Part shown: positions 28,767 through 44,594 of the stretch, piece by piece
Numbering within the stretch: position 1 is the stretch's first letter
Layout: each line of letters starts with the position of its first letter
Assembly: GCA_964016885.1 (NCBI GenBank)
Contig: OZ024747.1
Span: 46,748,001 to 46,812,000, forward strand
Source of the DNA: Eledone cirrhosa
Lineage: Eukaryota
Length of the DNA: 64,000 bases
Reading direction: 5' to 3'
The notes under the pieces: model-generated
Databases searched by the model: none
What the model was told of the DNA's origin: nothing
The model's input: only the letters and a program-made list of their open reading frames with translations
Program-made: the position numbers and the translations under genes

Positions 28767-29713
28767 ATGAAGGAATGATGAATAACACGTGTAAGCTATA
28801 CTGTATGGTTTATATATATATATGTATTTGTGTGTGTGTGTATGTGTGCGAAGGTCGATTTTCTAGTGGTTATGGTGTTTGCCGTACGACATTATTGTCG
28901 CTGGTTCAATTGCTGGTCTCGGTAGCTCACGGTGTCCTTGAACAAACACCATTTCCTGTTCCCTGAATTATGTTTTTTGTTTTCTTGACCCACATTAGCT
29001 AAGCAGAACGTAACTGTCTTGGAATGAAGAAGAGAAATTTATATAGTATTTGCGGCACTGAATTGTTTAGTTGGTTTACTTTAAATGAATGACTGCTGGA
29101 AAATGGAAAATAAAATACAAACATTTATCACTACTGCCTCACTTGTATTTTAATCAATGCTGTGGCTGCTTAGCTCCAGATCAACTTTGACGGTGTGGAC
29201 CTACAATTAAAGGTATTTCAAAGACTCATATCCTCGGTTCAGACTTAGTACATCTAAGGCTACCTCATCTCATATATCTCTTTTATAAGTATAAGGTTCT
29301 AAATTTTGATATTAGGAAAATTTGTCTACAATTTCTTGCTCCAGTGAATGTGTTCTAGTATCTCTGATGGTTGCGAATGATGGTGAGCGTATTTTAGCAT
29401 TGATAATACATATGAGAAGTTGTCCAGTGTGAAGCATCATCATTTATTCAATGAATAATGGTCATTTAGACTAAACGCTGATCGCAACTCCCACAGGGAA
29501 AATCTACATTTGTGAACAGGTGGTGAATCTTTCACATGAAAGCGTTCATTTCGAAACCATTAAAATATGTGTCCAGAAATTGATGGTAATTTTCCCCGTC
29601 ACTTTACCTGTTGCATTTACTTATGATTCCATGCATGCATTTATTTATATATTTGTGTTTTAATGTTTCTATAATGTTACTGTAAAGTAGACATCACACA
29701 CTGAGACAAATGC

Positions 29714-29744
<31 letters not shown>

Positions 29745-30143
29745 TCCATACACACACACGCTCACACAAACATACACACATAGATACACACACATACATA
29801 CTCCTACACACACACACACACACACACACACATCCATACATACACACGCTCACACAAACATACACACATAGATACACACACATACATACTCCTACACACA
29901 CACACACACATATATATATACACAGGATTGTGTGCGTGCATATATACATGTGTGTGTGTGGGGGGGGCGTCTGTGTGTATGTCTATGCTTGTGTATGTGA
30001 GTGTGTGTGTGTATGTCTGCCTGTGTGCGTGTATATATGTGTGTGTGTACGTGTGTGTGCGTGCGCGTCTGTGAGTGTGTCTGTCTGTGAGTGTGTGTGT
30101 GTGTGTGACCTGAAATATAATTTCCAACGTTTACACACTAGAC

Positions 30144-30739
30144 CAGAAGTTCTTAAACTTTTGGGGCCACCGCCCCCCTCACGGCCACGTAATATCCTCA
30201 GCGCCCCCCCCTCCCCCACAATCAGTCTGTGATGACACATCCAAACCTTACTAGCAGAGAAAGTTGACATTAAACAATGAAGGTGATTATGTTAGTTTAT
30301 CATTAGTAACATAGATGTAAAAAGAATGTGATTTTACCAATAAGAATAAAGACATCTATGAGATTGTGTAAAATCTACACAATCTCATAGATGTCTTTAT
30401 TATAGATGTCTATATGTCTATATTATAGATGTCTATATGTCTTTATTATAGATGTCTATATGTCTTTATTATAGATGTCTATATGTCTTTATTATAGATG
30501 TCTATATGTCTTTATTATAGATGTCTATATGTCTTTATTATAGATGTCTATATAAATGCAATATATTTGTAAAAAAAAAAGAAAAAAACAAGTTATTTAT
30601 TGTTTAAAATTTAAACAATAAATAGCTTCTTTTTTTTTTTTTTTAATACTACACTGTCGCCCCCCCCCCAACCGCCCCCGATATCAAAGCACCTCCCCTA
30701 GGGGGGGGGGGGGGGTACCGCCCACTTTGGGAAACAATG
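30144..30739. mobile_element. hAT (Charlie-like) non-autonomous DNA transposon
   Basis: Termini CAGAAGTTCTTAAACT / ACTTTGGGAAACAATG; 8-bp TSD CACTAGAC (30136-30143) / CATTAGAC (30740-30747); subterminal C/G-rich motifs. Confidence 0.75.
30345..30553. repeat. Hairpin with 26-bp arms followed by a 23-bp minisatellite
   Basis: Arms 30345-30370 and 30376-30401; unit ATAGATGTCTATATGTCTTTATT repeated about 6.5 times. Confidence 0.9.
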
Positions 30740-31089
30740 CATTAGACAAAGAGATACATGCTTATTTAGTGTACACGGAATATAGACAAGTAACAGAACA
30801 GATTGTAAGAATACCATATGACGCATCTAAGTCCGCTGAGAATCGTAGGCCCATGATATCTGAATATCTGGCCCAGCTGTCTCCTCTGGTTTACCGTATA
30901 TGTAGGCATCTACTGAGATGTCGCTAGTATGCAGCGCGTACATCTGGATTACAACTAGCTAAATACATATATATGTCTGCATATGTTTATGTGTGCAGGT
31001 ATGGATGTTATTGCATGTGTAGATCTGGATGTTTTGAATTATATCTGTACAAGTGCTTGTGTTTCTCTGTCTATACAATATATACAGTG

Positions 31090-31330
31090 TTATTACATAC
31101 TGGATTTCTGAAATGTTTTACATATTTTTAAAGTTCCATTAATGGATTGTAGTTGCAGCTTCCTAACAATGCTCTTTCTGGTTCTGTGATGTCCATCTTC
31201 TCAGTATTTTTGCAGGTAGTAACATATTCCAGAGCTCCGTCAGGGTGAGGAATCTGCGATTTCTCATTAGTACAGCATAAACGTTCTCCTTTTCTCTAAT
31301 CTTTAAGCCTATATTAACATCTTCTGGTTT
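31090..31330 (-). pseudogene. 3' end remnant of an R4-clade LINE
   Basis: Minus strand reads GALEYVTTC...SIVRKLQLQSINGTLKICKHF, paralleling GATAYIPTH...LQMAAIAVTFKICKTF of the element at 9593-9750. Confidence 0.6.
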
Positions 31331-31457
31331 TTACAACTGTGAATGTCTCTTTTCCTTTAACCCATATCACTCACTGCACTGCTATGTTTGCATGTTATTG
31401 GCTTATGACTGGAACATTCCACCTCTATTATTTCATATGAATCGCATGTGAATGTAC

Positions 31458-31720
31458 ATGGCTTAGTGGTTAGAGCACGGGGCTTGCAATTGAGAGGTTG
31501 TGAGTTCGATTCTCGGACTGTGTGATGCGTTGTGTCCTTGAGCAAGACACTTTATTTCACGTTGCTCCAGTTTACTCAGCTGAAGAAATTAGTTTCGACG
31601 TCGCTGGTGCCAAGTTGTATCGGTCACTGCCTTTCCCTTGGACAACATCGGTGGCGTGGAGAGGGGAGACTGCTATACATGGGCGACTGCTGGTCTTCCA
31701 CAAAACAAACCTTGCCCAGT
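31458..31720 (+). mobile_element. tRNA-derived SINE (S2 head and core, different tail)
   Basis: TGGCTTAGTGG A-box, GAGTTCGATTCTC B-box, TGTGTCCTTGAGCAAGACACTTTA core. Confidence 0.82.
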
Positions 31721-32497
31721 GCAAAACCATCGTCATTCGTGACCGAGTGGGGCTTTAAAAAATGTTCGTATTATATATGCCTATATCCTCCACATCACTG
31801 TAACTTTTTATATGTTTATTCCCAGGGCTATACTTTCTATGGATTTCATCGCATGGTATTTTGCTCATGCATGAAGCCTACGCATGACGATGTAGTCGAT
31901 GCAGAAGTTTCCGCTGACGGTTAGAATTTTTCGGGTTTTAACATCAATGTTAGCACAAGCACAGCAAATACATTGCAGGGTACTGATTAATTGTGTGCAG
32001 AGAGTCCAGAAGACTATATCTTTCTTATTTAGAAAACACGACAGCGTCATAGCGCAGATACGTATAAACATCTTATAATTGGCGTGCCCAGAAAAACGAT
32101 AAAATTGTTCAAGTGGCAATTCAGCAAATTGAAGTCACCAACAGTAATAATGCATTTGTCTTTCAGCAAACAGCTTTGTTAGGCAGCGGCCACGATTTCG
32201 GATTATGCAGAGAGAGAAATATATCAGGGCTGGTTTACTGCAAATGAACCGCTTTATATATGTGTGTGTGTTTGTATGTGTGTGTGTTTGTATGCGTGTG
32301 AACGTGTGTCTGTTTGAATGTGTCTGTATGTATGTACATGTTTCAATAGAACTACACTTTTAACATCAACTTACTTTACTCAAATTTCAAATTATGTTTT
32401 ATTTTTATATCTTCAATCCAAGTGATAAACAGTGTTTTATTGTTGCTCTGATAACTATATGTTATTAATATATTATTCTGTGTAGTAACAGAGGAAG

Positions 32498-32565
<68 letters not shown>

Positions 32566-32831
32566 GCTTGACTATCTCTGCACACACTCACTTTAGACCC
32601 AAAATATATATATATGTAACGAAAGATATTTGCACACACACACACACACACACACATGTGTGTGCGTGTGTGTATGCATATATGAGTGTGAGAGAAATGG
32701 TTTGCGTCTAGGAAAATGTGGGTTACTGTTTTTATGTTTGCACACTGAAGCGCAGAGTGACACACACGCATACACAAACATACTGAGAGTTAGTGACACG
32801 CAAAAAATATCAATCAAAGCTATCATACATC

Positions 32832-32893
<62 letters not shown>

Positions 32894-33620
32894 TAAATAT
32901 ATATATAAATATAAATATATATATAAATATAAATATATATATAAATATAAATATATATATAAATATAAATATATATATAAATATAAATATATATATAAAT
33001 ATAAATATATATAGAGATATATTATGAATTGTCGAAAGGAAACAAACGTAACAATCGTTGTGTTCCTTTCACCTAATTTCCATGTCATGTGGCGACACCA
33101 TACCATATAACCCCGTCACATGACCGTCTCACAATCAGTTGCCGCTATTCCATTACTCCTAAGCACTCGAGTGTAACAAAACACATTCAATCGTGTATTA
33201 TTCAAACTCATATTTATAATAAATTCACCCAAGAACACTTTGAGATTCTTCAGCTACATTAGCGCTCTACCAATGAGTTTTGCAAGCTCTGTTTTGTTTT
33301 TGTTTTTTAGTATTGGGATATAATTTCGGTCAAGTGAGTCTACAATGAAGGTCTTGCCGAAGGTGTCTATGCAAACAAGCCTAGAAATGCGTTGTTTGTG
33401 TAAGATATTGACGTATGAACTAAATGTTAGTTTCCTAAGCATCTTATACGCAATACTTATTCAAGGAGAAGTAGTTCAATATGTCATGTTCGCATAAACA
33501 CATACGTACACACACACTTATATGTATATATACACACATATATGCATATAAATACACTCACATATGTATATATATATATATATATATATATGTATTTATA
33601 TATATATATATATACACACA

Positions 33621-33680
<60 letters not shown>

Positions 33681-33845
33681 TATATATACACACATATATA
33701 TATATGTATATATACACACATATATATATATACACTAACACATATATATATATATGTATATATAGACACACGTATGTATATATACACACACATATGTATA
33801 TATACACACATATGTATATATACACACATATGTATATTTACATAA

Positions 33846-33905
<60 letters not shown>

Positions 33906-34011
33906 TGTATGTATGTATATATATGTATATGAGTGTGTGTGTATTTGTGTGTCTGTGTGCATGTCTGTTGAGGGGAGCTCTTTTCAAATGGTAATAGGGA
34001 GAGAGAGAGAG

Positions 34012-34106
<95 letters not shown>

Positions 34107-34514
34107 CGGAAAAGGTCACAGATAGGTATAAAACGAATGGTTCTCTTAATTTCCTTAGAATTTATACGTATGCATAAAGAGTATATACGTATATGCATGT
34201 GTGGTTGTGTATGTATGTATTCATATATACATACACACAAAAAGCACACCCACCCCTACACATATATAGGGATATATGTAGATGGGTATACAAAGAAACG
34301 AAACAAGCACTTAATACGTTTCGAATAATTTATATTTGTTTATATAAAAATAATGGAGAAATAAAGGAGAAATTTACTTCTGATAGTTTCAATGCTTGGT
34401 TCCGAATCCAAATACTCAGAGGTGTATGTCCTCAACCATGTGAAATTTTGTATAATGGGATTCTTCCTCAAATTATCTTGGTCACAGCATATCTCTTATT
34501 CCATAATAAGGAAT

Positions 34515-34718
34515 ATGAGAAAAACCACAAACCATCCATCTCAATTCTACTTTTGAAAAGCACAAGAACTGCGAAACCGTAAAGGAACCAAATAAATATA
34601 CATTTAAAAAAAAAAAGACTCCAGTTGCATTTTCGATTTCATCTTTTTCCCTTATACTTTCACTCGTGTAGGACACCTCAGTTATTTTTCATTTTGTAAA
34701 AAAAACCTCACTTTCTAA
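34515..34718 (+). mobile_element. F7 PLE-type terminal repeat with U3:A8 HHR
   Basis: CTT-TTGAAAA-GCA..TGC-GAAAC-C-GTA^AAG at 34550-34584; homologous to 36961-37105. Confidence 0.72.
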
Positions 34719-34724
34719 TATATT

Positions 34725-34888
34725 TAGGAAATTGTTCAAGACCCCATCGACAGAGCTCAAGCCGTCTCGACGGCTTGAGCGAGTGCCGTCGCGGTCTTGA
34801 ACAATTTCCTATTACCCACTCTACTACCTTTAGTATTGAGTACTCTGGTGCGTTATGGTCCACATGGTTCCTTACCTCACTTCCCTCG

Positions 34889-34890
<2 letters not shown>
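34725..34890 (+). mobile_element. F1 fold-back insertion
   Basis: TAGGAAATTGTTCAAGACC...GGTCTTGAACAATTTCCTA plus tail. Confidence 0.88.
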
Positions 34891-35760
<870 letters not shown>

Positions 35761-35761
35761 T

Positions 35762-37105
<1,344 letters not shown>

Positions 37106-37126
37106 GGTTGGTCTTTGAATGTTACT

Positions 37127-37232
37127 TGTTTTATATGGAAAAAAGTTTATATATATATATATATATATAAACTTTTTTCCATATAAAACATGTGCCAAAA
37201 GTAGAAACAATTATATATATATGCATATGTAT

Positions 37233-37290
<58 letters not shown>

Positions 37291-37322
37291 GCATATATAT
37301 AATTGTTTCTACTTTTGGCACA
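37127..37322. repeat. Two adjacent palindromes centred on (TA)n
   Basis: 37127-37190 (TGTTTTATATGGAAAAAAGTTT arms) and 37191-37322 (TGTGCCAAAAGTAGAAACAATT arms, a copy of the SINE tail). Confidence 0.9.
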
Positions 37323-37488
37323 CGGCCAGCAATTACCCCAGTGTATTACTAGTATTTTATTTTATCGACCCCGTAAGGATGATGAAAGGCAACGTTAACC
37401 TCGGTGGTATTTGAATTTAGATCATAAAGGACCGTAACTCTATGCTCCAAACCATGGCGCTCTACCCTCTACCGATACTGCCAATCCA
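37301..37488 (-). mobile_element. Full-length SINE S1
   Basis: Colinear with 9755-9935. Confidence 0.88.
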
Positions 37489-37691
37489 TATATAATTAAG
37501 GTGTTCGATCCAACATGTCTGTGTACATATAAGTGTGTGTATTTTTCACATCAAATAATATATGGTATGTTTACAAATAAGAATTTGAAAGCATTTAGCT
37601 ATTAATTTTGAAAGATGGTGACAGGGTGAGTTCTAAAGAGTTCTAACGAGTTCTAACGATTTCTAACTGGAACTCGCTCGGTTCAACTTTG

Positions 37692-37745
<54 letters not shown>

Positions 37746-38439
37746 AGAATTTCACGGGCATACGTGTCTGTGAAATGCTCAGCCACTTACACGTTAATTT
37801 CATTGGCTGTTGAAGAAAACTGCTGAAACAATCATCGTCGAAATTAACGACGCCCCATACCAATTACAAAAGAAAATTACGAGAGTGAAAAAACTAGCAA
37901 GATTTACAGTAAATTAATTTCAGTGACATGTTTATCGGAGACAACATATAGCAAATAAGGCGGATGATAAGTATTATATCCTGAGAGAAGTCAGTAAATA
38001 AAATCCAACATTGCGACAGAAATTAGAAAAATCGTCTCAGAAAGTCATAAACTATGAACAAGCTTCAATGGCGGATTTAACAAATGAAACCGACCCTACC
38101 AAGACATAATTAAAGAATTCAGCCATCGCATAACGTCATTAAGTAAACTATAAACAAATACGCTCTACTGTCGTGATTAATATAACAACATACACCTCCA
38201 GGGATCAGCAATGTTGATGTTTCATAAACAAAATTTGTATTTGAAAATTAATTCCTAAGGAAAATTTGAAATGTATATTTAGTTGACTTACGAAACTTTG
38301 AAAATATGTTGGCAATAATGCAGAAACTACAACGATGGTTCTTCTTCTTCTTCTTCTTCTTCTTCTTCTTCTTCCTGAGAGGGACAGAATCTTCAAACAC
38401 TCCTCCCAGCGGGTCCTGAAAATCAAACCAATCTACTTC

Positions 38440-38650
38440 CACCTAGCACAAGAATTACTGCAAAACGTTAGACTGTAGTATGAGAAAGAATGGTCCAAAT
38501 ATAGCATGTGTTGATTATCGGAAGGCATTTGAGAATGTTCCACACTCGTGAATCGGAGAAATATTAGCCATGAGTAAGTTAGCACCCATACCGTTAAGTA
38601 AGTCATTAGTAAATGGCAAACATTTCTGTAAATACAAGAATATTGCCACA
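38440..38650 (+). pseudogene. R4-type RT fragment
   Basis: NIACVDYRKAFENVPHS*IGEIL resembles WxDYxKAFDSVPHxWI. Confidence 0.65.
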
Positions 38651-39299
38651 TATCTTTACAAATACCCTCATAAAACAGCATTGAGATATACCAGTAACGC
38701 GTTGGTTTCCAGTAAACCTAAAATATTCGCTCGCTAGAAATCCATTCGTTCTATTGATTCTGTTGATCAGTAACTGATGATTACATGTATAAATACCTCT
38801 CTTGCTGCTATAGCGATGTGGAAGTTATGTTTAACGAAAGATCTTCATACTACAATAATCTGCCTTACTGACACACCAAGAGAGAACTGATTACTTTAAA
38901 GCGACACTATAGTACATACAGCTCTTCTTCTCACATACATCTCACATACATTACAAACATAAACTATCATAATATTTTAGGCTTATAATAACATTCTATC
39001 TGTATGTCCTTAACTTTAATAAACAAATTACTTCAACGCTAAAGTAATTTCAATATAACAGCATCTAAACAATGCTCACAGGAGAGATTCGCTCTTCTGA
39101 TTATATGATAAAATTCAAATATATTTCTTAATTGATTTTACTTCATTTGTCACAAACCTAGGCTGGAGTTGTTATATACATTTTGAAATAACGTGACGTG
39201 ACTGAAATACCAGTCAATTCGAAAGTAACAAAGCAATTCGTTCCATGTATATATATAGAGGAGACTCATACGACAGGTAGCCCAGTAAGTAGGCGAACA

Positions 39300-40245
39300 G
39301 GAGCACGTCTGAGACAAGCACCGAACAAGTGGTAGTGGCGCAGACAATTGAAGTCGCTTCTCATGACAAGCTTGACAATGAAGTACCAGGAATCAATCGG
39401 CACCGAATCGGGAGGTCAGTCATTGAAGGATTCTCTAACAGCATGGGTGGTGGTACTTTCGTAACCGCTAGCCATACCTCTGGAAAACATTGGCTACATC
39501 GATGTGGCATATGCCACCGTCTTACTTCCTCGGAGCAATTAGGCAGGCCAAAAAGAAGAGGCCTCGAGAATAAGCGTAGCAAGCGCTTTGGATGAACCTG
39601 TTAATGAGGGCCACAATTGAGATCAGCAAGCGTTGCCCGGCTTCGGTCGTGACTGGGAACCAGAAGTTCTTGGGAAGGCCAGGTCGGAGACCATTGGTAC
39701 CTCCACTGATGCTGGCAGAGAAAGACCTCAGAAGAGAGATGATGTCTTCTTCGGAGTCCACGTATAGCGGTTGGGAGTCCACTCGAGCTGCAGGAGGCCC
39801 ATGATTTTTGAGCTGGAGAACAACTAAGACTTCCTCCGTAGGGTAAAATACGATGTCTTTAGGGGCTACAATTCTGACAGCAGCGGAGATATCAGTCCCG
39901 ATGACTTTCGCATTTACTCGGTCACACAAAGGTTTTGAGCTCTCATCAGCTGTGAAGGACTTCGGGCGCACGAACGAGTGGAGTGTAGTCTGCTCGGACA
40001 CACTGTTTTTGACCACCTGTCTGAAGATCAAAATGTTGGACTTTACGAAATCCGTTGTTGTCAGGCTACCTCGAACCGCATCAGAGTTGAGGAGCTGGAG
40101 GACGAGTGGTTGAAAATAGAACATTTGTTCCCAATAACTGGGTCGATAGGAGTCCAGGGCTTTTCCAGTTGAGGATGCGAAGGCATCAGCCACAGGCAAC
40201 TGGGTTGCTTTCGATATCTGAAGAGGAATCTTCCGAAGCCATTTA
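39300..40245 (-). pseudogene. CRE-clade non-LTR retrotransposon remnant (pre-RT and RT start)
   Basis: RVNAKV..DISAAVRIV..TEEVL..LQLK.H, RSFSASISGGTNGLRP, ACLIAPRK*DGGI..I.VAN match CRE-type SF..GSAGGPDGLRP / LIAL.KKDGG.RPIAVG. Confidence 0.72.
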
Positions 40246-41287
40246 TATATTGTTAAATATGCTAAAATTTCGGATATGAATATACACGTCTTTATTAATT
40301 GCTTACATAAACTTTGATCCCCAAAGTTGCTGTCCTGTGCATCGTTCCAATATTCAGTGGAGCTTCCTTCACCAATCTGAATATCAGGTGTGCAAGCCCC
40401 CCCCCCCCCCATTTTCTTTTTCTTGAACCATATCTAAATCATTTTACCTTTCTGTTATAAGTTGACATCATTTATCTTTATTTTTATTTTATTTTATTTC
40501 AACGTCAATATGTATAAAGTCCTATAGATTTCCGATTTGAATTAATATAATTTAAATAGTATTTTTCCCCACATACCTTCCAGATTTGGCAGTCGGGAGA
40601 TTGGGTACGTTATGTTTGCGGCCTTATGTTTAGAGTTTTCTATTAAATTATCTATGAGCCTGCGTTAATAGCTATTGTATAGAAAAGTCAACTTAATTAT
40701 ATGTACTTCGTGACTAAAGCCACTGTCTCTACTAAAGAACATAATGGCACGTCTAAGTATCGGTTTGATGACCAAAGTTTTATATCTATCAGAACATTCA
40801 CATAAAAAAGGCATTATTTCGTGCCTTTTGTGTATAAAGATGTGAAGTATTTATTACAGTTATTGTCAATATTAATGTCTTGTGTGTGTCGTATGTTGAC
40901 AATTGACGGGAAGGTTAATCTTCCATAATCAAGAAGTTTAGTGTTTCTTTAAACTTCTATATTCCACTGAATGTTATTTTTCTAGTTGTTGTTTTCTTGT
41001 TTTCCTGGTTGTATTTTTAAAAGAAAGATCCCCATATGCCAAATTGTAGGTAGGCGCCAGAGATTTGGTACACCACGACATCCAAGAGTAAATTAGTTAT
41101 TGAAGTAACTAATGGCAATATCATACTTTATGAAATGTTCTTTCTTTTCATGGAACATAGAAATGTTTCAAAATAGCAAAAAAGAAAAAAATATATATTA
41201 GCTTCTGCTTCGATAACTGGGAATTTAGGAGATAAAACAAGAAGCAGGTTAGATTTATTATGTAGTAGTGTTATTATTATAACAGTT

Positions 41288-41523
41288 TCTATTTTGGCAC
41301 AAGGCTAGCAATTAACCAGTGCATTACTGGTACTTTATTTTATCGACCCGGTAAGGATGAAAGGCAAAGTTAACCTCGACGGGATTTGAACTCAGACCGT
41401 AAAGGGACATACGTTCAAATCCCGTCGAGGTTAACTTTGCCTTTCATCCTTACTGGGTCGATAAAATAAAGTACCAGTAATGCACTGGTGAAATTGCTGG
41501 CCTTGTGCTAAAAGTAGAAACAA
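41288..41523. mobile_element. Head-to-head pair of S1 SINE 3' halves inside one TSD
   Basis: About 105-bp inverted arms; TTATTATTATAACAGTT at 41271-41287 and 41524-41540. Confidence 0.85.
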
Positions 41524-41687
41524 TTATTATTATAACAGTTATTTAATAATTTTTTAATTATTTTTTTACTATTGACGATACGATAAAATAACAGTAATAT
41601 GTATATATAATTCACGGAATTATTATAAGTCTCATATCAAAGTTATGGACTATATTTACTAATCTATCAAACCTTCAAACGAAATGC

Positions 41688-41921
41688 GGTTTCTGTAAAG
41701 TAGGATTTCAAGAATTATTCCGGTGGTTGACATATATAGTGGACCAGTCATTATTCTTGGTGATTGGTTAAAATAAATCAGGGAAAAGACTGGCTTCCGA
41801 CCAAGGTTTCTGTAAAGTAGGATTTCAAGAATTATTCCGTTTGTTGACAAATATAGTGGACCAGTCATTATTCTTGGTGATTGGTTCAAATAATTCAGGG
41901 AAAAGACTGGCTTCTGACCAA
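41688..41921. repeat. 117-bp tandem duplication
   Basis: GGTTTCTGTAAAGTAGG...GACCAA starts at 41688 and 41805. Confidence 0.92.
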
Positions 41922-42047
41922 CATATGTTCAAACTCAACATCAACTGCAACAAGATCACTAGTCTGGGAGATGAGCCAACACACAGAAGTTCTGACCCTG
42001 TGTATTTTGGTATTTTATACACGCGCACACACACACACACTCACATA

Positions 42048-42079
<32 letters not shown>

Positions 42080-42118
42080 CATATATATGCATATATATGT
42101 ATGTATATGTATACATAC

Positions 42119-42182
<64 letters not shown>

Positions 42183-42226
42183 ACATACACACACATATAT
42201 ATATATGTATACATATATATATGTAT

Positions 42227-42312
<86 letters not shown>

Positions 42313-42449
42313 ACATATATATTGTTATACTTGGGGAGGGTCATATTTGTGTAATATTGCCAGAATTAATAACAGAACACACTCACTGTTTGGTTGGTTT
42401 TCGCTTCTCGCTGTCTTTTATATCGGTAATCTAACTTACTCGGTCCTCA

Positions 42450-42539
<90 letters not shown>

Positions 42540-43136
42540 GTGTGTGTGCACATACAAAATTCAGTAAATGACACCTATTTCTGTACCACAAAGTTACTTT
42601 CATTTAATTCCTCAACTCATCTGTTAGACACGCAGTGACTAACAACAGAATGTTTTAAGTCTCTGTGTCTATCTGACATACATGCGTAGCTTGTGAATAA
42701 AATATTCAAGGGGTTTCGCTGGCTGTGGTGATCCCTGCCAAACACCTTTTGTAATGTATCGTCTTATTGGCTTATTTCATCGACTTATTGGCTAATCAAC
42801 CAACGAGAGTAATTGTTGCTCAAAGCCATCCGCATACTTTGTTTACACGTTTATTTATCGTTTCGCTTTCGAATCTTCCTCCTGTATTTCGTCGTTTTAT
42901 CATGAAGATATTTTTCTTGTTTTGGTAAGTTATATTGTTAATTTATATATGATTTTTTAAATTTATATTAACTATTAAAACTCTGAAAATATTTTTATAC
43001 ATCTTACAATAATATTTATAAGATCATTTATAAAATAACAATTTTATAATATAATTACATTACAACGATAATTTATTATTAATATATACCATGTTTAACT
43101 AGAGTTATTACAAGCGTTGCCTTAAAAAAATATTAA

Positions 43137-43582
43137 ACTAAACCTGAAAAATTCACAAGCTCAAAAGAGCCACATAATGTTATAATAAAGCTTCAAAAGT
43201 GTGGGACTAGAGTTGTTGCTCAAAATTATTGTAATCATTATCTATAGTACACTCTGTGGAATCCTTTTATAAAAAAGAGACTCATAACGAAATCAAGACG
43301 ACACGATAATTATTTAAGTGAATTTATAATATAGAATTCGGTTTAAGTGCATTTCGTATTAATCATTACTAAACATCTAATATGAGATATTGAACATTAG
43401 CTTAAATAATTATCGTGTCATCTTGAGTTCGTTATGAGTCTCTTTTTTATAAAAGGATGCCACAGAGTGTACGATAGGTAATGATTACAATATTTTTGAG
43501 CAACAACTCTAGTCCCACACTTTTGAAAGTTTATTATAACATTCTGTGGCTCTTTTGAGCTTGCGCATTTTTCAGGTCTAGT
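43137..43582. repeat. About 180-bp diverged inverted repeat with 82-bp spacer
   Basis: Arms 43137-43318 and 43401-43582. Confidence 0.9.
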
Positions 43583-44076
43583 AATATAAGGTTCTCTGTT
43601 TCGCTACTACAACCCAGGCACTACCCATAGAATCATCTCTCTTCATTTCATCATCTTTGTTGCGTTAAGCCCTCCCACCAGCCACACAATCTAATCCCTA
43701 CCCGCAGATATTCTAATCCAGAACGTTGGCCCCTAGTAAATCCTTCCTTTCCGTTATACATACATAATTTTATCCGAGACGTTACAGAAGTAATTTTGTA
43801 CAGATTTAAATGTGTATACTGTTATAATATTGCAATATACTTCGGCTGCTTAGTGCATAACATAATATATGTGTGCGTTCGTATTTATATTTGTGCTTAT
43901 ATCTGTGTTTATGTCCTGTTACTTAGCGTTACAACAAAAGTTATGTCGATATCATATGTACTGGGTTCGATATCACTGATAATATACCCCTTTAAAGTAC
44001 GCAGCATAGTACCAGAATTATGATTAAGCCATTGAAAAACACAATTGTTTAAAATTCATATATATATATATATATA

Positions 44077-44218
44077 AATGATATTAATAAATGTAAACTA
44101 TATTTATAAAACCATATTTATTATATTATATATATTTCAAGGGTAACAAAACTTTGGTACGTCCTCATCAGATAAAATACAAAGCTTGTTTTATAAATAT
44201 TGACATATTCAGGAATGG
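44077..44218 (-). mobile_element. F3 tail-less copy with HHR
   Basis: TTTTAT-CTGATGA-GGACGTACCAAAGTTTTGTTACCCTT-GAAA-TATA-TA at 44122-44178 (-). Confidence 0.78.
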
Positions 44219-44271
<53 letters not shown>

Positions 44272-44373
44272 TAAAGGTGATGGCATATACCATTACACAT
44301 ACATACACAACGACACCCACACAGCCACCACCCACCCCCATATATATATGGGGGGGGAGGGTCTCTGCGTGTG

Positions 44374-44413
<40 letters not shown>

Positions 44414-44453
44414 CTTCTGGTTTTATAATTTCCCAAATGTTTGGTATGTATGT

Positions 44454-44509
<56 letters not shown>

Positions 44510-44552
44510 GAAAAGTATAGAAATTATTGTAGCAAGAAGCCAACAGTATTCC

Positions 44553-44591
<39 letters not shown>

Positions 44592-44594
<3 letters not shown>

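Noticed and set aside
41688-41921. 117-bp tandem as another retrozyme
   Set aside because: No hammerhead core found on either strand and no direct (TA)n flanks.
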